27,443 nucleotides of DNA from a virus. Lineage: Duplodnaviria; Caudoviricetes. Shown piece by piece: positions 24,225-27,443 of this stretch. The stretch's first letter is position 1. Every line of letters begins with the position of its first letter. The notes beneath the pieces were generated by a model. It ran no database searches. It was not told the origin of the DNA and saw nothing but the letters and a program-made list of their open reading frames with translations. The stretch is taken from the IMG/VR virus record IMGVR_UViG_3300034521_000267, positions 1 to 27,443 of that record; one strand, given 5' to 3'. The translations under genes were made by a program, and so were the position numbers.

Positions 24225-24388
24225 AACTCTACTATACTGTTAGCGAAGCTGCCCTGGCACTGAACATGTCTCCCGAACAAGTAAGATCGATGATAGATCT
24301 CGGGGATATCCAGGTTGCGGTGATATCTGGGGGATGGAAGAGGATTCCTCGGGCCGAAATAATCAAGTCGAGAGGTGTACGCACCTAA
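24221..24388 (+). CDS. Excisionase-like (HTH_17/MerR-type) DNA-binding protein (55 aa)
   Basis: GAGGTGA SD and GTG start. YYTVSEAALALNMSPEQVRSMIDLGDIQVAVISGGWKRIPRAEI. Confidence 0.8.
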   Translation: MKLYYTVSEAALALNMSPEQVRSMIDLGDIQVAVISGGWKRIPRAEIIKSRGVRT

Positions 24389-24396
24389 TATACAAA

Positions 24397-24978
24397 TCAA
24401 ATCGGTAATATCACATGCACCGTGGGCATTGTAGACCCTGTACCTTGTGTAAGCAGCGTGTTCTTGTAGTAGAGAGTATTGTGATAAACGGCCCTGGGGT
24501 TGATTGACCCCGCCCATATCTCAAAGTGAGTATTGTTCACCATCCTTACGTCAATGTAGCAGTCCGCGGGTAGGTAGCGCGCATCTTCAAACAGGAATCC
24601 AAATAGGGCTTGAGGGCTCGCCCATCCCGAACCATCTGTTTTCAGGAACACGTCCGGCTCACCACTGTCTCCGTATATCCACTGCCCCGTATTTGATACA
24701 TACATCCGAAAGTCATGATAGCTGTCCACAGGCGGCGGAGAATATTGTTGCCACGAAGGAAACTGAGCAAGGAAATCAAAATTGAAGTCCGGCATCAAAA
24801 AAACAAAATCGTTTACATTGAAATTGGAAAATGATGGGATGCACACAGGGGCATCCGAACCATCGACCGGATACAATATACATGAGTCTCCTACTTGAGG
24901 TATCTTACCTTTGACAAAAAACCCTGTCTCACCCCCAAACCTCTGCACTATTCCACGATTACCAGGTTCCACACTCAA
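24397..24978 (-). CDS. Putative tail tip/receptor-binding protein
   Basis: Last gene of the tail operon, ATGA-coupled, aromatic and beta-rich. Confidence 0.55.
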   Translation of the reverse strand: MSVEPGNRGIVQRFGGETGFFVKGKIPQVGDSCILYPVDGSDAPVCIPSFSNFNVNDFVFLMPDFNFDFLAQFPSWQQYSPPPVDSYHDFRMYVSNTGQWIYGDSGEPDVFLKTDGSGWASPQALFGFLFEDARYLPADCYIDVRMVNNTHFEIWAGSINPRAVYHNTLYYKNTLLTQGTGSTMPTVHVILPI

Positions 24979-26618
24979 GATATGATCCTCGCCTGTACTA
25001 TTTTTCCGCTTTCTGTCTGCACTGTGGCAATATCTCCGCTGATGGACAGAACAGTGCCGACCTCCGTCATCGGGATGGCACTGATCCGATTCGACACGAT
25101 AGTGTCGATGTCACTGATAGTCCCACCTGCAGCGTAGTTCATCCGCTCCAACAGCAATGACAACTGGCCTTTGTCGGTGACAGCCTTGATGGTGACATAC
25201 TTCTCGATTCCCGAGATATGGTAGTGGATCCCGATTATCCGGAGCCATCCCAATGAAGTGAGCTTGGAAGGGAATCCAGACCCCTGGAATCTGATCTTCT
25301 GGTATAATCTCAAGTCCATTCTTTTGAGGAACTTGGCTTCAACCGTATACGTGGTTGTAGTGAAGTAGTTGTACAGTGCAAGTGCTCTTGCGTTCACTTT
25401 TGCCTGGGAGTTCCAGGCACTTGACTCTTCATAGTATTCTCTTGCAATCTCTTCCCCGTGAGTCAGTGCAGGTGTCTGCATTGTAGCAGAATACCAGTTG
25501 CCTGAAGTGTCATTGCCTCTGATGCGGACCCTGTTGATTTTCTCTTCCGGAGTTCCCTGTACCGAAGGTATCTCCACAAGATGAGGATCCGGCCATGTGA
25601 TCGTCACAGGTGCGGGTAGGTCCAGGCCAGCTGATGGGTCGTCGATGTCCTCCTGGTCAATCCAGTATGCAATTGGCTCCGGGGGCGTTGATGTGTTCCA
25701 CCCGACCACAAATATGAATCCACAGTATTTCGATATCGCATCAATTGCATCTCTCTTTGTGGTCTTGGCAGTGAAGTTGAATTCCTTGTCGTCCGCTGTT
25801 GAAGAGGCTATCCTGTAGGGTGTGATACCTGTTCCTTCGAGGAGATATTTGATCCACTCTGCCCAGGTTGTTCTGTTTCCGCCAAGGTTGATGACCAGTG
25901 CATCATCTGGCAGGTATTGGGCAGATAGATACCAGCCATAATCGTACATCACGACATCCGATTGATTTTGTAGAGCGGTGTGACGGTTCACGGTGTCCGG
26001 TGTGAAGCCGGTGAAGATGACCTGGTCAGTTCCTATGTGATCTTTAGTTTCGTACGAATAGTGGAAGAATTCGACAGGCGAACCCCCCCTGACGGTGGTT
26101 GTGAGCACCCACATGGTATCATTGACGCTCTTCGAGATGTCGACAGATTCTGAGGCAAGAGCAGAGATATCTCCAAAGCTCCTCATCCTGTCAAAACCCG
26201 GGTTCATATTCAACGTGGATACGAGAGGTATTCTATCAGTGATTCCTATCGACGGCGTCAGTTGCATGGTTGCCCTGCCGCCGTTCATGGTTTCGTTGGC
26301 AAAGGCCACACTGCCCGCAAGGGATAAGGCACTTGCCAGGGATATGAGGTAGGTTTCTGTCGATATTGCTGAAAGGGATATCGAGCAGGACACTGCCAGT
26401 TTAGCGGAGTCTGCAGTCGATACTGAGCCTGCCAGGGATAGCGTGGCACTGGCAGAAATCGAATCATCTGATAATATAAAAACAGCGGGCGTGAGTGCCA
26501 CTGTTGCCGATGCGCCTGTGCTGTCGGTAAAGGACACGTCAGCCGACAGAGATATTGTCGCTTCTGTACCCAGTTCAAGCTTACCGAATCTGCCAGGGAA
26601 TACTAATGGATATTTCAC
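24975..26618 (-). CDS. Baseplate hub/tail tip protein
   Basis: 547 aa with TKRDAIDAISKYCGF and INRVRIRG hub-like motifs, plus N-terminal (A/S)xLSLAGSV repeats. Confidence 0.7.
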   Translation of the reverse strand: MKYPLVFPGRFGKLELGTEATISLSADVSFTDSTGASATVALTPAVFILSDDSISASATLSLAGSVSTADSAKLAVSCSISLSAISTETYLISLASALSLAGSVAFANETMNGGRATMQLTPSIGITDRIPLVSTLNMNPGFDRMRSFGDISALASESVDISKSVNDTMWVLTTTVRGGSPVEFFHYSYETKDHIGTDQVIFTGFTPDTVNRHTALQNQSDVVMYDYGWYLSAQYLPDDALVINLGGNRTTWAEWIKYLLEGTGITPYRIASSTADDKEFNFTAKTTKRDAIDAISKYCGFIFVVGWNTSTPPEPIAYWIDQEDIDDPSAGLDLPAPVTITWPDPHLVEIPSVQGTPEEKINRVRIRGNDTSGNWYSATMQTPALTHGEEIAREYYEESSAWNSQAKVNARALALYNYFTTTTYTVEAKFLKRMDLRLYQKIRFQGSGFPSKLTSLGWLRIIGIHYHISGIEKYVTIKAVTDKGQLSLLLERMNYAAGGTISDIDTIVSNRISAIPMTEVGTVLSISGDIATVQTESGKIVQARIIS

Positions 26619-26647
26619 TGCTCGGCCCTCTGTGTCATTTCAGGCCG

Positions 26648-26926
26648 TTATTCCGGTCTGCGAGTCCAGTTACCGTCTGCCTGTGCAGCATGTTCAAGGG
26701 CCTGCCATGTGCTGTCAAAGGACTCCTGTAAGGCTATCCTTGCGGCTTCACGGTCAGCATAGAAGGCCGCTTTTGTTGCCTCGACTACCTTCTGGCCGAT
26801 GAACTTGGATATCTGCTTTCTAAGGATTGTTACGTATTCCTCATTCGTTTCTGCGCTTTCGAGGGCCTTTACTGTGCTCTCGTCGAATATATCTTCAAAG
26901 GATACTGATTCTGATTTTGATGTCAT
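26648..26926 (-). CDS. Hypothetical protein
   Basis: 92 aa with AGGTGA SD. Confidence 0.65.
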   Translation of the reverse strand: MTSKSESVSFEDIFDESTVKALESAETNEEYVTILRKQISKFIGQKVVEATKAAFYADREAARIALQESFDSTWQALEHAAQADGNWTRRPE

Positions 26927-26930
26927 GTGT

Positions 26931-27443
26931 TCACCTTGCTATATTGATTCCCATTAAGTCGATGTACTTTTTTGATGAGTCGGGGGCTAGTGCTGAGATC
27001 GAGTCTATGTAAGCATCAACTGTTGAACCTCCGGGCATCTGTTGTTGTATTTTCATTGCATAGGATTCAAACCTTAACGTCTGTTCACCCGTTATGCCCG
27101 ATGTATCGACAGTTACCTTTGTCCATGATGATTGTGCAGAGGTTCGAGTGAACACCGCTGTACCGCCAATCAATGCTCTGAAATGTGGTGTTCCTGCTGT
27201 GTCAACATTAGTATATGTGGCTACCCTATACCAAAACGTGAGTTCATCCACATTCGTAAAATCTACTGTTTGTGATATAAACCCCGTTACAGTCCCATAC
27301 ACGCCCGCAGGACCATCAATGGAAGCATAAGTTCTGAACGCCCTGTCTCCTTCATATATGGAGCCTGTCGATGAACCCGTATTTGCCCCGCTTACCGTCC
27401 ATCCTGTATTTCCGTCCTCCGCACCGCCGTTGGTCACCCTTTC
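26931..27443 (-). CDS. Junction-spanning tail/adhesin protein with carbohydrate-binding-like jelly-roll domain (starts at 193)
   Basis: VTNGGAEDGNTGW...ISQTVD...LTFWY...WTKVTVD...LRF...YIDSIS pattern of galactose-binding-like domains. Confidence 0.7.
   Translation of the reverse strand, partial: ERVTNGGAEDGNTGWTVSGANTGSSTGSIYEGDRAFRTYASIDGPAGVYGTVTGFISQTVDFTNVDELTFWYRVATYTNVDTAGTPHFRALIGGTAVFTRTSAQSSWTKVTVDTSGITGEQTLRFESYAMKIQQQMPGGSTVDAYIDSISALAPDSSKKYIDLMGINIAR
27257..27443. repeat. Terminal direct repeat, copy 2
   Basis: 186/187 identical to 1-187. Confidence 0.97.

Larger units (their letters stand above)
1..27443. mobile_element. Complete genome of a tailed archaeal virus (Caudoviricetes, siphovirus-like), probable Methanosarcinales host
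   Basis: Terminal direct repeat closes the circle inside one gene. Full terminase-portal-capsid-tail-tape measure set with no sheath gene. Archaeal SD (GAGGTGA) and TATA signals, and a Methanosarcina-like CRISPR repeat. Confidence 0.9.

Overview
The window is an apparently complete circular (or circularly permuted) genome of a small tailed archaeal virus with a siphovirus-like gene set. Its unique length is about 27,256 bp, because bases 1-187 are repeated at 27257-27443. A Methanosarcinaceae-type CRISPR repeat, GAGGTGA ribosome-binding sites and archaeal TATA boxes point to a Methanosarcinales methanogen host. There are two divergent arms from a control region at about 20340-20450. The leftward (-) arm carries an AbrB-like regulator, a primase-polymerase/helicase with internal iterons, terminase, portal, MuF/gp7, protease-scaffold, an encapsulin-like HK97-fold capsid protein, head-tail and tail genes with a -1 frameshifted tail chaperone, and a tape measure. 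It continues across the junction into the tail-tip genes. The rightward (+) arm carries an RHH regulator, Zn-finger proteins, a tRNA-like element, a Bet/RecT-type annealase, an ERCC4 nuclease and a Xis-like HTH. No integrase or cas gene is recognisable. The most notable feature is a ~230-bp non-autonomous IS200/IS605-like element (13598-13827) whose only cargo is a repeat-spacer-repeat mini-CRISPR. It is inserted exactly at a stop codon without changing the protein. Other notable features are three probable CTG-initiated morphogenesis genes and a duplicated 36-bp palindromic late promoter. Protein family calls come from motif recognition and gene order only; no database search was run.
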